Assembly: GCA_043820105.1 (NCBI GenBank)
Contig: JBDREC010000029.1
Coordinates: 62,001 to 89,885 of the forward strand
DNA from: Pseudomonadota bacterium
GTDB lineage: Bacteria > Bdellovibrionota_F > JAHFAK01 > JBDREC01
Length of the DNA stretch: 27,885 nucleotides
Reading direction: 5' to 3'
In this document: positions 26,641 through 27,885 of the stretch, in pieces
Layout: every line of letters starts with the position of its first letter
Numbering within the stretch: position 1 is the first letter of the stretch
The notes under the pieces: generated by a model
What the model was told of the DNA's origin: nothing
Database searches by the model: none
The model's input: only the letters and a program-made list of their open reading frames with translations
Translations under genes and position numbers: made by a program

Positions 26641-27885
26641 TTATGGACTAATGTTAATCACATTATCTGCCACAGGTTCAGAATGGAGGGAGTCTAGTTT
26701 ATTTTGAATATTGTGTTTGCGTATCATTTTTTGAAGTGCATCTCCCGGGGTATAGGTAGGAACCATTTCCTTGATTTTTTCAAGCAGGGAGATCATGTTT
26801 CCTGATGAGACTATTGCCTCCATTTCCTTTATATTATTAAACATATTCTCAGTTGTTTCATTATTTGGTTCTAGTACCATAATTTTATCATGAGAGGTGT
26901 TTATTAAGACTTCATCATCTGTGAAAAGTTCTTCATACATTTTTTCTCCTGGGCGGAGACCTGTGTATACTATTTCAATATCTTTTCCAATTATTTTTCC
27001 TGAAAGTCTAATAACATCTTTTGCTAAATCATAGATTTTTATTTGTTGACCCATTTCCAATATAAAGATTTCTCCTCCTCTTCCTCTATAGCCAGCTTCT
27101 AAGACAAGCCCAGCGGCTTCAGGGATAGTCATGAAATATCTTTTAATCTCAGGGTGGGTAATTTCTACAGGACCACCCCTTTCAATTTGTTTTTTAAATG
27201 TTGGAACAACTGAGCCTTCACTGCCTAAAACATTTCCAAATCTAACGGCCATGAATTTTGTGCCATTTACCCTGGCTACAGCTTCAACGTACATTTCTGC
27301 GATTTTTTTAGAAACACCCATGAGACTAGTTGGGTTAACTGCCTTATCTGTTGAAAGCATTATAAAACGATCAACATGAAAGTTGATAGCTTCTTCTGAA
27401 ATTATTTTAGTTCCAAACACGTTGTTTTTAATGGCTTCCATGGAGTTGTTTTCCATTAGAGGGACGTGCTTATGAGCTGCAGCATGAAAAATGATGTCAG
27501 GTTGGTATTTGTTAAATACTTCCCGGACTCTTTTTCTATCGCAAATATCTCCAATAATAGGTATTTTATCAAATTTTTCTGTAAATTGACCAAGCTCATT
27601 ATCAATATAAAATAATGGGTTTTCTGCTTTTTCAAAAAGCACTAATTTTTTGGGACACAATTTCGCCACCTGCCTACAAAGCTCAGATCCAATTGAGCCT
27701 CCGGCACCGGTAACTAAGACGGTTTTTCCTGTGATGTAAGACCCAACTTTCTTTTTATCAATCTGTACCTCATCTCTTTTTAAAAGATCTTCGAGTCTTA
27801 CTTCTCGAAGTTCTTTTACTTTAACAATACCATCAACTAAATCTGAGATATTTGGAACTGTTCTATATTTTGCGCCACTTTTAAT
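26641..27885 (-). CDS. Nucleoside-diphosphate sugar 4,6-dehydratase, CapD/PglF/WbpM family; 5' end outside the window
   Basis: The frame is open to the window edge and includes VRLEDLLKR, VTGAGGSIGSELCRQ, FHAAAHKHVP, STDKAVNP, MGVSK, VRFGNVLGS, GLRPGEK. Confidence 0.94.
   Translation of the reverse strand: MKSGAKYRTVPNISDLVDGIVKVKELREVRLEDLLKRDEVQIDKKKVGSYITGKTVLVTGAGGSIGSELCRQVAKLCPKKLVLFEKAENPLFYIDNELGQFTEKFDKIPIIGDICDRKRVREVFNKYQPDIIFHAAAHKHVPLMENNSMEAIKNNVFGTKIISEEAINFHVDRFIMLSTDKAVNPTSLMGVSKKIAEMYVEAVARVNGTKFMAVRFGNVLGSEGSVVPTFKKQIERGGPVEITHPEIKRYFMTIPEAAGLVLEAGYRGRGGEIFILEMGQQIKIYDLAKDVIRLSGKIIGKDIEIVYTGLRPGEKMYEELFTDDEVLINTSHDKIMVLEPNNETTENMFNNIKEMEAIVSSGNMISLLEKIKEMVPTYTPGDALQKMIRKHNIQNKLDSLHSEPVADNVINISP

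Noticed and set aside
1519-27379. Remaining short ORFs antisense to or nested in annotated genes (e.g. 5162, 6851, 8693, 11680, 19703, 23812, 24561, 27131)
   Set aside because: Shadow frames of well-supported genes, with no motifs or ribosome-binding sites.
26641-27669. ORF-track start (342 aa) for the dehydratase
   Set aside because: The frame continues to the window edge and contains the NAD-binding GAGGSIG motif upstream of that start.

Overview
AT-rich bacterial chromosomal segment, mostly minus-strand housekeeping genes: M49 peptidase, asnS, rluD, rsmI, folK/PTPS/folP, ALDH7-type dehydrogenase, trxA, lepB, pepD, khpA, oppBC-like permeases, CCA-adding enzyme, TPR lipoprotein, ssb, YitT, and the end of a nucleotide-sugar (glycan) operon. 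The main accessory element is a plus-strand four-gene RiPP-like cassette at 15344-20006. It encodes an HPr-kinase-like lasso-type kinase, a cobalamin-binding radical SAM enzyme with a C-terminal PqqD/RRE-like domain, a lasso B2 peptidase and a lasso-type ABC exporter. No lasso cyclase or precursor peptide is visible, and the kinase/rSAM junction is an unusual CCC-TGA +1-frame join. Many intergenic spacers carry short tandem arrays (6-, 7- or 8-mers), often as inverted pairs hugging stop codons and ribosome-binding sites. A candidate ~90-nt sRNA with an anti-Shine-Dalgarno loop lies near 23030-23160. All calls come from motif recognition by eye; no searches were run.
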